Part shown: positions 1 through 9,358 of the stretch, in pieces
Numbering within the stretch: the stretch's first letter is position 1
Layout: each line of letters begins with the position of its first letter
Source of the DNA: Escherichia phage tunus
Length of the DNA stretch: 51,111 bases
Strand: one strand, 5' to 3'
Sequence record: NC_049816.1
Notes under the pieces: model-generated
Told to the model about the DNA's origin: nothing
Database searches by the model: none
What the model saw: the letters and a program-made list of their open reading frames with translations, nothing else
Position numbers and translations under genes: made by a program

Positions 1-395
<395 letters not shown>

Positions 396-467
396 TCATT
401 CTCCCGTTATCTGGTTGGTGAATTATATCACCAACCATTATAAAAGTTTAGCTATTTGTTTAGTTTG

Positions 468-1523
468 TCACAGATACTGCCTGAATTGAGCACGAACCCA
501 ATCAGGAGTATCAAGATCAATTTCTGGTTGTCCGTTTGCATACGAAGGCCATTCATCTAACTGCTGGCAAACGTTGAACTTGTTGATCACGCTCATGTAC
601 TGGATGCGCCCGATCTTCAATTGCTCAATATTCATGCGGAAAGCAAGCGGCAAGTAAGGCTCTTTCTTCTCCTGCGCAAGCAATCTTACAATTACTGGCC
701 TTTCCTCGTCTGGATACGCCTTTTTGAATAAGTCATGTTGCAAAGCCATTTTAAGATAATAGCCGTGATTGTAAGCCAGGCGCTGGAAGTCAACCGGATT
801 TGCGCTAACCGTTGTTTTGTAGTCAGTGATAATCACCGCTTCTGGATAGGTGACTTCTTCATAAATCGGCCTGCCTTTTTCGTCGTAACCGTTAATGATT
901 GTTGCCTTTACATCCTTGTTTACGTCAACGTGATCAAGACGCACTTTTACTTTTACGCCGTTGATGATCCCAAATATTGACATTTCACGCTGCGCGGTTG
1001 GGCTGTTCATGCAAGCGTTATGCTCCGGTATGGCCTCAAGTACGCGCCGCATCGCTACACAGGCATCATAATCTTTAGCGTCTATTAACTGCACTCCGTC
1101 CGCTGCGGCCTGGCATTCTGCCATCATTTCGATAAGCCACCACACATTGAGATCCTCGCCGCACTTGTACAGCATTTCCAGTAATTCAGGGTATTGTTTA
1201 CCCGTCGTACCTTTCAGGCCAAAAGATTTCAGCTTTGATGCTAACGCCGTTTGGCTAGTGATCAGATCTTTAAAATCATCCTGCGACGGTGCGCGGCGAT
1301 ATGTTTTTTCGAATAGCTCCTTGCTTTCAAAGTTGGTATGCGACTGCGTACCGAAAACAAGTGCTTTAGTTTCCTGGCGCGGCTTGTACTTCCAGTACGC
1401 CGGGCAAGTGCTGTAAATCTCCGCCAGGCTGGAACCGCTGACATATTCAGCCGTCCACGCGTTAGGATCATGATAAAGCTCGTTGCTCATTTCTTCGCTA
1501 GTGTAGGCGTTAAAATCACTCAT
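468..1523 (-). CDS. PD-(D/E)XK exonuclease (RecE/YqaJ-like recombination exonuclease)
   Basis: 351-aa ORF, RBS AAGGAG; IITDYKTT-type PD-(D/E)XK motif; sits directly upstream of erf and ssb in one leftward unit. Confidence 0.65.
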   Translation of the reverse strand: MSDFNAYTSEEMSNELYHDPNAWTAEYVSGSSLAEIYSTCPAYWKYKPRQETKALVFGTQSHTNFESKELFEKTYRRAPSQDDFKDLITSQTALASKLKSFGLKGTTGKQYPELLEMLYKCGEDLNVWWLIEMMAECQAAADGVQLIDAKDYDACVAMRRVLEAIPEHNACMNSPTAQREMSIFGIINGVKVKVRLDHVDVNKDVKATIINGYDEKGRPIYEEVTYPEAVIITDYKTTVSANPVDFQRLAYNHGYYLKMALQHDLFKKAYPDEERPVIVRLLAQEKKEPYLPLAFRMNIEQLKIGRIQYMSVINKFNVCQQLDEWPSYANGQPEIDLDTPDWVRAQFRQYL

Positions 1524-1553
1524 CTTTAATGCTCCTTGTTGCTTTATGCGTGC

Positions 1554-1581
1554 ATTGTAGCCATTTGGTTGATTTAGTCAA
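1554..1581 (-). promoter_or_regulatory. sigma70-type promoter TTGACT-N16-TACAAT for the exonuclease-erf-ssb unit
   Basis: Near-consensus -35 and -10 hexamers about 30 nt upstream of the exonuclease RBS. Confidence 0.45.
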
Positions 1582-1948
1582 TAGCTGTTTTGTTTTTTCT
1601 GTTTTCTAAACGTTCTCAGATGGCAAGAAAACAGATTTGACTCATAAGTTAATGATTAATATGTGTTATTTTTCTTGTTCCCCTGTTCTCTCAGATACGC
1701 CGGATTATATACATACACATGAATGATGGCACATACAGATACTCAGAAAGAAAAATCACCACAAACAACCAAAACCACAAGAAACGCAGACAACAAGAAA
1801 AAACAAATATACATACATAAATAAATAAACTATTGATTTTATATGTATATATCTATTTTATTGATTGTTTATTGATCTTATGTTGTATAAAATTTGCGCT
1901 AAATTTACGCCGCCTTAAATTCGATAACACCGGAAAACAAAAAATAAC

Positions 1949-1993
1949 AAATAGCACTTTTTGCTAAACGCGATGCCCAAGATCGTGTATAGT
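1949..1993 (+). promoter_or_regulatory. Phage promoter module (21-bp box, variant GCTAAAC, + 19-bp spacer + TATAGT)
   Basis: Match to AAATAGCACTTTTTGTTAAAA box, 19-bp spacer, -10 TATAGT; about 30 nt upstream of the 2025 start. Confidence 0.5.
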
Positions 1994-2024
1994 TGAAAAC
2001 AACAACAACTAAGGAGATATAAAG

Positions 2025-2294
2025 ATGAAAAAGTTAATCGCAGTTATCGCCACTGTAGCCGCTCTGACAGGATGCGCAGCGTCGCCTACTGGAAACTTCA
2101 AGGAGATCGATTGCACGGCAAAATTTAACGTTAAAACATTCCCTGTTAACGGATTCCATGAAGTCAAAATTAATGCAGTCCGCGAAAACAGATTCAGCCA
2201 AAAGCAATACAGGTTGAGCGTTGACAATAAAGAAGTTAAATTTATCAACCGTTGGCAAAATGAAAGTAAATTTATTGATTTGAGGTGTAATTAA
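2025..2294 (+). CDS. Small lipoprotein, candidate superinfection-exclusion (Cor/Llp-like) protein
   Basis: 89 aa, RBS AAGGAG; signal peptide MKKLIAVIATVAALTGC with lipobox LTGC. Confidence 0.55.
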   Translation: MKKLIAVIATVAALTGCAASPTGNFKEIDCTAKFNVKTFPVNGFHEVKINAVRENRFSQKQYRLSVDNKEVKFINRWQNESKFIDLRCN

Positions 2295-2572
2295 TGGCGC
2301 AATATGGTTATGCAATATATGACGATCGAGGAAGGGAAGTTACAGGACTTTTAACGCCTGTTTTCTTCCTTGATAAATTCACTCAGCCATCAGGTAGCAA
2401 GACTTACCAAAACAGGCCGCCAGGTAAATCATTGAAAGCAATATATGTTGGCATGAATTCCTGGCGTGGTGGCGACCCTGGCGCACCAAACTTAGGGGTG
2501 AGTGGCGACACCGTTACATGGAGTGGGCTTTCTGGATCTGATTCAAGATATATATATACTTTTTGGGGGTGA
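2294..2572 (+). CDS. Hypothetical protein
   Basis: 92-aa ORF; start overlaps upstream stop (TAATG); no recognisable motif. Confidence 0.4.
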   Translation: MAQYGYAIYDDRGREVTGLLTPVFFLDKFTQPSGSKTYQNRPPGKSLKAIYVGMNSWRGGDPGAPNLGVSGDTVTWSGLSGSDSRYIYTFWG

Positions 2573-2574
2573 TA

Positions 2575-3189
2575 ATGTACGGGATGAGTATAAAAAAATC
2601 AGACGGATCGTTATGGTTAAGTCCAGATTTCACTCCAGTTAATCTAATTGATCGGGCCGTAATATCTGCTAATACCGGAACCGTTTTTACTTCGTCAATT
2701 CCTGTTGATAGGGTATGTTTTTTCTTTGTTAGATTGACCGCTAAATCATACATATCATTCACGCAATTTAACAATGGTGGAAGGCACGCAATAAGACTTG
2801 ATAGATCTGATAATCAGGGTGAGGTTATTGTTTATGCTTTTAGTAATATGGTGACTCCCCCAGGTAGTCACGGCATAGCGTTTTATAATGCTCATGGTGA
2901 AATGGTTTATCATGGAAAAATGAGGCCGCTAGATGCAAAGCAAGTAGGAGTAAGCGGGATCGCATTTGATGTTAACATGGGCTATCCTTGCGCCATAATG
3001 CCATCACTGACAGCATTAAACTCTGTTCCTAATCCGGCTTTAGGTGGATTCATGATTTTTGAGTCTCAAGCTGCCGCGTATGGTAACGGGATCTACTCTT
3101 TTTCTAGGCAGGTTGCACAAACTCCTGGACCTGTTGGTATTTACACCGCTTCATCTGTTTTGGTTATAAATGCATCACACTATGATTAA
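2575..3189 (+). CDS. Hypothetical protein
   Basis: ATG at 2575 preceded by GGGGGT; converges on the J-like gene at a shared terminator. Confidence 0.45.
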   Translation: MYGMSIKKSDGSLWLSPDFTPVNLIDRAVISANTGTVFTSSIPVDRVCFFFVRLTAKSYISFTQFNNGGRHAIRLDRSDNQGEVIVYAFSNMVTPPGSHGIAFYNAHGEMVYHGKMRPLDAKQVGVSGIAFDVNMGYPCAIMPSLTALNSVPNPALGGFMIFESQAAAYGNGIYSFSRQVAQTPGPVGIYTASSVLVINASHYD

Positions 3190-3193
3190 AATT

Positions 3194-3218
3194 AAAGGGG
3201 GCTATGCCCCCTTTTTTT
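3194..3218. terminator. Bidirectional intrinsic terminator
   Basis: GC hairpin GGGGGctatgCCCCC flanked by A-run and T-run between convergent genes. Confidence 0.6.
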
Positions 3219-6200
3219 ACCAGCTTCCGGTAATCCTTCCGACTTCAACCCTCAATACTCCGTTTGCATCTTTTACCTTCAATCCCTCATTGGTGAATTT
3301 AGTAGCTCCTTCTCCTGGCGTTGATCCGTAATTCTCAAAGATTCCGTTTTTATCAAGCCTCCATCCTTGCTGGTTTTGAACAAAGTTGTTTGACTGAATC
3401 ACATTACCAATCATCGCATTAGTGATTGAACCGTTCTTAACCAAAAGACTATTAATGAAAACCTGATTATTCTCAACCACGAAAGGCAAAGTAAAAGTCC
3501 CTCCAGTAGAGCTAGTCATAATGGCGAACCTGTTAGCATCAAACAAAATTTGCGAGATAAGGCCGGATGAACCCTGCGAAAGCTGCATCACCATTCCTGC
3601 GCTGTATTGCTGGCCTTTGTAAGTAAGGCCAAGTTTCATAGCGTATTTAGCGCCAACTGAATCAACGCTCGCCCAAGAATCCAACTTTTCAACCAATGCA
3701 GATTCAACGTCGCCAAATCGTGCTGTTAATGCCTGGTCAGCCTGAACCCTTGCCTCTGTCTCATTGGCGATCGCCTGTTTCACTTCTGAGATGTTAGCCT
3801 CGACTTCTGTTTTGATAACTCCGTCAAGGTCGTTTATCTCTTTCGTGAACTTAGCGTCAAGCTGCTGAACGGCCTGAGCGCGCGCTTCTGACTCGTTAGT
3901 GATTGTCTGCCTTACATCGCTAATGCTTGCAGAAGTATCCTTGCGCACGCCGTCGATTTCTTTTGTGAATTTAGAATCAAGCTGCTGAATTTGAGTCGCT
4001 CGCGTCTCTGATTCAGTGGCAATTGCCTCCTGCACTGTCTTGATGCTTGATGTTATCTCGCCATCAATTGATGCCCTTAACTCTTCGATTTGAGTTACGC
4101 GCGCTTCTGTTTCATTGGCGATAAGCTCAAGAGCATGACCATATTCAGCCTTGCGCTTTCCGTTTTGCACTCGCGTCCACTTCACATCTGCATCATTTGC
4201 CAACGCGTTCTGTATGATTGATTGTGCCTGGTCTTTGATTTTATTGGCGCTGTCTATGGCGTTCTCTTTGATTTCTTGACCAGCTTCTGTATCAAAAATC
4301 TTGTCCAGAATGTCGCCCAAAACAGATTCAACATCATCTGACGCCATACCGCGAACAAAGTCAGTCCAACTGGAAACGTTGCCTATTCTGTCAACGCTGC
4401 GGATTCTATACCATACAACTTGCCCCGCTGGTAACGTGCTATGCCAATACTCATATTGAGGATATGGAATCAGCGTAAGCAGACTTGAGTTTTCAACCGT
4501 TCCGTCTGGCGATTGGTGAAGCTCAATGTAAGCCGTATCGCCTGATCCTTCCGGCATACCCCATTTGACACGAATGCCAAAAACTTCATTATCAGAAGCC
4601 GTAAGATTAATCGGCGCTCCTGGCTCGCCAACTTTACCTGTCAGAGTGGCGGTTGCAATCTTTGACCACGGGGAAGCGTTACCGCTTGCAGAAACGGATC
4701 TCACCCTTACTTGGTAGTTGCCTGAATAAATCCCTTCTACCTCTATCTCTTTGTTAGCGGTCTGCGGCGTATTCAGCCAGTTACCATCACCTTTTCGCCA
4801 CTGCATTTCATAAAGCGATGCGTAAGGAACCTTATCCCATGAAACAACCATAGTCTCAACGCTAACGCCCTGCACGACGCGAGAATAAGATGAGATCTTA
4901 ACGTTCTCAGGCGCTGCCATCACGTCAGGCTGAACAATTGAAGTCGGCCTGTCATCAATGTTTACGCCATAATCAATCTCGTCGTATTTGTTCGGATCGT
5001 ACTCCACAGCCGTGATTGAATAGGTAAACTCGTTTTCGTCATCACCCTTGCTGATAGTTGTCACAACGTATTGCTGCAACGCAAGATCAGTACGGTCAAT
5101 CGCAAAAACAGTATCAGGCTTAACATCAAAACCAAATCCAATATTTAACTCTATGGTTTTTCCGTCTGCGCTAACCTTTGAGATCGTGCGCTTAACTGGC
5201 TTGCCGTCCGGCTTGTTGATGATAATAAAATCACCAGGGCGAGCATCAACCTTAAACGGAACGAAAACCTGCAATCCTGAAACTTCCATTACTCGGCCCG
5301 ATAGGTTTAACGTTAGGTTGCTACTCTGAAAATTATCAGCGATAGCAATAACATCACCTATTGATGGAATCATCCCCTCTAGTCCGGTAGCAAAGTTTAC
5401 AGTAGTGCTTCTAAGGTTTGTTTTCAAAACCCACCGACCGCGACGATTCGCTTCGCTCCTGCGTGTGCACCCGATCGCTGTAATGCTTGTTGGATTGTAT
5501 CCAAATCGTAATGCCGCCTCAGTATCAAAAACACCCTCTACGTCCTGCTGATACATGTTTTGTTCGTCGTCAAACGTCACGTTACACTGCGTGTACATGC
5601 TTTTTTCGCTTGCGGTTGTGTACTGAAAATCACCGTTGATGACGTTTTCATTAGTAAACACGTATGATGGATCGCGTGGCTTATCAATCACGATTGATAA
5701 GCTCTCACCATTCCAAAAACTCATTCCGCGAAAGATTGAGCAAATGTCACGGATTAGCTGATAAGCCTCAACTTGATTCTGAATCACCACATCGCATAGG
5801 TAGCGAGGCTCAGTACCGCCCTTACCGTCTGGAACTTTCTGATCACAGTAAACGCCCGCCTCGTATAAGCTCCACTTGTCGATCTGTATTCCTAACTCTC
5901 GCTGATCAAGTCCATAACGCTGATTTGTCACCAGATCATAAAGAACCCAAGCGGGATTATTTGACCACGCTTTTTTAAAAGTCCCATCCCATGACCCGTG
6001 ATATTCTCTTGATATTGGATCATAGTTGCTTGGCACATTAATAATCTTCCATTTCTTTTTTATAGAAATGTTAGGGATTTGCGTAGGAAACAATTCACTG
6101 TCAAATTCTACGAATACAAGGCCAGTCAGAGGATAACGGAATTTTGCATCAACAACCTCAGCGTAACTTTGCAGCTTGATTTTATCAGTTACCTTTGAAG

Positions 6201-6795
6201 ATGTGCTGTCTGGAGTCAGTCGCTTTACTCGGATTAAAACGCGCTCATCAAACTTAGGAAGATCAATCCTTCTGCTGCGGTCGTATCCTGATCTTGTCTT
6301 GCCGTCAATTACATCTCTCATAACCTCGCTATAAGAACCGCCATCAATAGCCATATCTACGGCATACTCAACCCTTACGCCAACAAGATCGCCGTTATCC
6401 TCCTGTTTTATGCCTACTGGCATCAGGATCTTTATTCTTACCGCAGATAGATTTTTATTTGTAACAGAAATAACATAAGGATTGTCTCCGGTAATATCTC
6501 TTGCAACTGTCACCTCACTTGATGTGTCAGTAAAACCCTGGATGTAATCTTGCGTCTGCGTACCCGGTCGATATTCAGCCGTAACTCCCTCGTAGTTAAC
6601 AGTGCCATCGCTGGCAATAACCGGAACATCATCAAGATAAAGATCGCGCAACGTGAAATCTGGATCGCACTCGCCATCAGATACAGCCAGCAAAACTTTA
6701 ATCTTGTTTATCGAGATCAGGTTATCTTCCATCTCTTTTGGCACGTATGGCTTTTTGCTTCCGCCCTTACTGCCGCTTATCATATATTTAGCCAT
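3217..6795 (-). CDS. Central tail fibre / host specificity protein (lambda J-like)
   Basis: About 1190 aa; N-terminus ISGSKGGSKKPYVPKE resembles the lambda J start; fibronectin-like middle; last gene of tail module after I/K/L/M. Confidence 0.85.
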   Translation of the reverse strand: MAKYMISGSKGGSKKPYVPKEMEDNLISINKIKVLLAVSDGECDPDFTLRDLYLDDVPVIASDGTVNYEGVTAEYRPGTQTQDYIQGFTDTSSEVTVARDITGDNPYVISVTNKNLSAVRIKILMPVGIKQEDNGDLVGVRVEYAVDMAIDGGSYSEVMRDVIDGKTRSGYDRSRRIDLPKFDERVLIRVKRLTPDSTSSKVTDKIKLQSYAEVVDAKFRYPLTGLVFVEFDSELFPTQIPNISIKKKWKIINVPSNYDPISREYHGSWDGTFKKAWSNNPAWVLYDLVTNQRYGLDQRELGIQIDKWSLYEAGVYCDQKVPDGKGGTEPRYLCDVVIQNQVEAYQLIRDICSIFRGMSFWNGESLSIVIDKPRDPSYVFTNENVINGDFQYTTASEKSMYTQCNVTFDDEQNMYQQDVEGVFDTEAALRFGYNPTSITAIGCTRRSEANRRGRWVLKTNLRSTTVNFATGLEGMIPSIGDVIAIADNFQSSNLTLNLSGRVMEVSGLQVFVPFKVDARPGDFIIINKPDGKPVKRTISKVSADGKTIELNIGFGFDVKPDTVFAIDRTDLALQQYVVTTISKGDDENEFTYSITAVEYDPNKYDEIDYGVNIDDRPTSIVQPDVMAAPENVKISSYSRVVQGVSVETMVVSWDKVPYASLYEMQWRKGDGNWLNTPQTANKEIEVEGIYSGNYQVRVRSVSASGNASPWSKIATATLTGKVGEPGAPINLTASDNEVFGIRVKWGMPEGSGDTAYIELHQSPDGTVENSSLLTLIPYPQYEYWHSTLPAGQVVWYRIRSVDRIGNVSSWTDFVRGMASDDVESVLGDILDKIFDTEAGQEIKENAIDSANKIKDQAQSIIQNALANDADVKWTRVQNGKRKAEYGHALELIANETEARVTQIEELRASIDGEITSSIKTVQEAIATESETRATQIQQLDSKFTKEIDGVRKDTSASISDVRQTITNESEARAQAVQQLDAKFTKEINDLDGVIKTEVEANISEVKQAIANETEARVQADQALTARFGDVESALVEKLDSWASVDSVGAKYAMKLGLTYKGQQYSAGMVMQLSQGSSGLISQILFDANRFAIMTSSTGGTFTLPFVVENNQVFINSLLVKNGSITNAMIGNVIQSNNFVQNQQGWRLDKNGIFENYGSTPGEGATKFTNEGLKVKDANGVLRVEVGRITGSW

Positions 6796-6843
6796 GACTT
6801 TTAACCTTTTGTGCTGTTTCTTGGTTTGCACATTATAAATGCA

Positions 6844-6877
6844 CAAAAAAACCCGCGCAAGGCGGGTATTTTTTTAT
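6844..6877. terminator. Intrinsic terminator-like hairpin (bidirectional)
   Basis: ACCCGCcttgcGCGGGT hairpin with flanking A and T runs; TTTATAAT -10-like element follows on the minus strand. Confidence 0.5.
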
Positions 6878-7470
6878 GCTTTATCTTCTGCGTAGCTGCC
6901 AGCCGACCAGATTGCGCCGCCTACTGTCCTATATCCATATGGCAAAGGAACCGGATAACCTGCCGCCGTGGTATTTACAGCACCGCCGAAAGCGTAAGAA
7001 GGCTTATTTTCTGCTGATTGGCTTTGCAGTTTCATTCCTCCCTGCTGCGGCGAGATCATTTGCATGACACCGCCAAGCGCGATAGCACCACCCATCATAA
7101 ATGCGGAAGATGCAAAAGCGCCCATAGCAGCAAGACTTGCACCACCAGTAAAGAACGCAGTGGCCATAATTGCAGCGCCAAGAACAACATTAAACAGGCC
7201 GCCGGACTTAGAACCAGTTGGAACGGGAACTATTCGAACCTCTCGCGCGCACTTCCATGATTTTTCATCATGCTGACCAACGTTTTTACCGTCAACGAAT
7301 ACAGCGTACTTCATGCGCGATCCTACTTCGCTTTGCATGTAGTCTTTGAACCCTTCAACCTGGGAAGATAACGCACGTATTGCTTCGGGGTATGAGTCAA
7401 CCGCCATTTTGTGAAAGACGCCAAATCTACGCCCCAGGGAACCAGATAGCTTAATTACTTTCAATGTCAT
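6874..7470 (-). CDS. Tail assembly protein (lambda I-like)
   Basis: 198 aa; C-terminal Gly/Ala-rich hydrophobic segment typical of gpI; position between K and J. Confidence 0.7.
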   Translation of the reverse strand: MTLKVIKLSGSLGRRFGVFHKMAVDSYPEAIRALSSQVEGFKDYMQSEVGSRMKYAVFVDGKNVGQHDEKSWKCAREVRIVPVPTGSKSGGLFNVVLGAAIMATAFFTGGASLAAMGAFASSAFMMGGAIALGGVMQMISPQQGGMKLQSQSAENKPSYAFGGAVNTTAAGYPVPLPYGYRTVGGAIWSAGSYAEDKA

Positions 7471-8182
7471 ATTTCAGATCCTTATGTCGACAAATTTTTA
7501 CAGTGTGCTCCTGATACCATCCAGAATACAAGTCGATGCGAGATAGCTTTCCAAACGCATGATGTAATAGCTGGTTGTTACCCAAATAAATTCCCGCATG
7601 ATTCCAGACTGGTGATGATAGTTGCATAATCACCATATCACCAGGTTTTGGAGGCTCGTTAGTTTCAACAAATCCCTCTTTCAAATAATTATCCTGGTAA
7701 AGATTTTCACCATATTCTGACTTCCACCACTCGTAAGGCTTTCGGAAGTCATTCAATACTACTCCGTGCTGTTTATGCCATGCCATGATAAGACCCCAGC
7801 AATCGAACGACCCCAGCGACCACGGGCGACCGATAAGCGGCCTCTCCTGCGGCTCGACAATTCTCATATCACCTTCGGGCCATGACACTATAATCCACGA
7901 CACACCCATTTCATCGCACATACATGAGTCGTGCGCGCTCGGTATCGTACTAGCACCATCCCCGCAATGGGAATGCACCACCGCGATTAATTCGCCTTTG
8001 TCGAGCGATTCAGCGTATTCTACGGCGTCCATTTCAAAGTGATTTTCTGGATCGTCATGCACGTTGGTTATGCGGTGATATTTCTGTACCCGTGACTTTT
8101 GAGTTATGACGCCGCAAGCCTCTTTAGGGTATTCCTCTTTAACGTGCTGCATTATTTCAAGTTTAATTTTTGCACTAATCAT
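7451..8182 (-). CDS. Tail protein (lambda K-like) with MPN/JAMM and NlpC/P60 domains
   Basis: ATG at 8182 with RBS GGAGGA, overlapping the L stop; JAMM motif HSHCGDGASTIPSAHD; NlpC/P60-like Cys and His residues. Confidence 0.8.
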   Translation of the reverse strand: MISAKIKLEIMQHVKEEYPKEACGVITQKSRVQKYHRITNVHDDPENHFEMDAVEYAESLDKGELIAVVHSHCGDGASTIPSAHDSCMCDEMGVSWIIVSWPEGDMRIVEPQERPLIGRPWSLGSFDCWGLIMAWHKQHGVVLNDFRKPYEWWKSEYGENLYQDNYLKEGFVETNEPPKPGDMVIMQLSSPVWNHAGIYLGNNQLLHHAFGKLSRIDLYSGWYQEHTVKICRHKDLKYDIESN

Positions 8183-8943
8183 TATTGATTCCTCCGTAGC
8201 AGTGACGCCACCGCGCAACCGCCGAAATCCAACTCGTTTTGCTGACCGAATCTCAATTTGCAAGCCGTTACAGTTCCTGCGCAATAGTCTTGTGATGGAT
8301 CTGTTACTGGATTATTGTCTTTATCGAACATTGCCGATCCGTTATAAGAGCAACCCTTTCCGCTCCTGTACCACCCCCTTTGCGCCCAATAGCAAACGCT
8401 TTGAGTGATGCGCGGCGGGATCATTAATCCATCCATATCGTAAGGCGATGTCAGATCAAATTTCGCCACCTCTCTATTATACTGGCTTGGGCGCTCAATG
8501 TAATAAACCAATTTTCTGTAAGCGCCATCTTTGATTGCTCCGCCTTCTCCTATAAATTCCTTTGCCGTGATCCAGAAAGTCACCTTTGCTTGCATCATGC
8601 CATTGTAATTTCTGATCATGGCGCTAACCCTGCTGTCAAGGTTTGACACTATAAGCTGAGGCTTATCTGCCCTGCCGTTACTTGTGAAGTTAATCCCGCT
8701 CACACCGAAAGGCCGCGCTCCGTAAACATCACCCTGAAAAATAATATCTTTCGGCGGCAAGATTCCGGTTTGCTGCGCTTGCATTAATTCCTCGGCAGTA
8801 TAAGAGATGTTCTCATTGTGAAATCGGTAAATATTTGCTCCGAACTTCGTCCCGTCAATCTCTACAAGCGTTATAATTTCGCCTGGGTACAAACTTTGTA
8901 GGCAGTTCTCAAATTCAACTCTACCTGATTCTTTATTAGCCAT
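8182..8943 (-). CDS. Minor tail protein (lambda L-like)
   Basis: 253 aa, RBS AAGGAGG; C-terminal four-Cys cluster as in gpL. Confidence 0.75.
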   Translation of the reverse strand: MANKESGRVEFENCLQSLYPGEIITLVEIDGTKFGANIYRFHNENISYTAEELMQAQQTGILPPKDIIFQGDVYGARPFGVSGINFTSNGRADKPQLIVSNLDSRVSAMIRNYNGMMQAKVTFWITAKEFIGEGGAIKDGAYRKLVYYIERPSQYNREVAKFDLTSPYDMDGLMIPPRITQSVCYWAQRGWYRSGKGCSYNGSAMFDKDNNPVTDPSQDYCAGTVTACKLRFGQQNELDFGGCAVASLLRRNQ

Positions 8944-9005
8944 TTTCTACCTCCTTTTTGCTCATTGTAACATCAAGAAAAAAGCCGCACAAAGGCGGCT
9001 TTAAA

Positions 9006-9356
9006 TTACTGCATTGATGTAAATTGCTCCGTAAAAGTGGCTTTTACTTCCTGAACGGTTGGCGACAATGGAGTAAGGCCGACGCTACCGCTTTTCACTC
9101 TGAACAATCCAGGGCTTCCATCAGGCATGATCCACAAGAAAGGTTTTAGTCTGTGCTCATTTAGGAACTTGACAACATCTCTGTAATCAAGCCCAGCGTA
9201 AACAATGCTAAACTCTCGCCGGATTGTGTTAAAGCCTCCAGATGCTACCTGTGTGTATCCGTTACCGAATGCAATCTCTCGATCGTTATTTGATGACGTC
9301 ATGGACCCGCCACCGTTCTGAACCTGCGTGCACCACTTAAACTGATCCAGCTTCAT
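9006..9356 (-). CDS. Minor tail protein (lambda M-like)
   Basis: ATG at 9356 with RBS GAGG; FGNGYTQVA resembles gpM; directly downstream of tape measure. Confidence 0.65.
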   Translation of the reverse strand: MKLDQFKWCTQVQNGGGSMTSSNNDREIAFGNGYTQVASGGFNTIRREFSIVYAGLDYRDVVKFLNEHRLKPFLWIMPDGSPGLFRVKSGSVGLTPLSPTVQEVKATFTEQFTSMQ

Positions 9357-9358
9357 TA

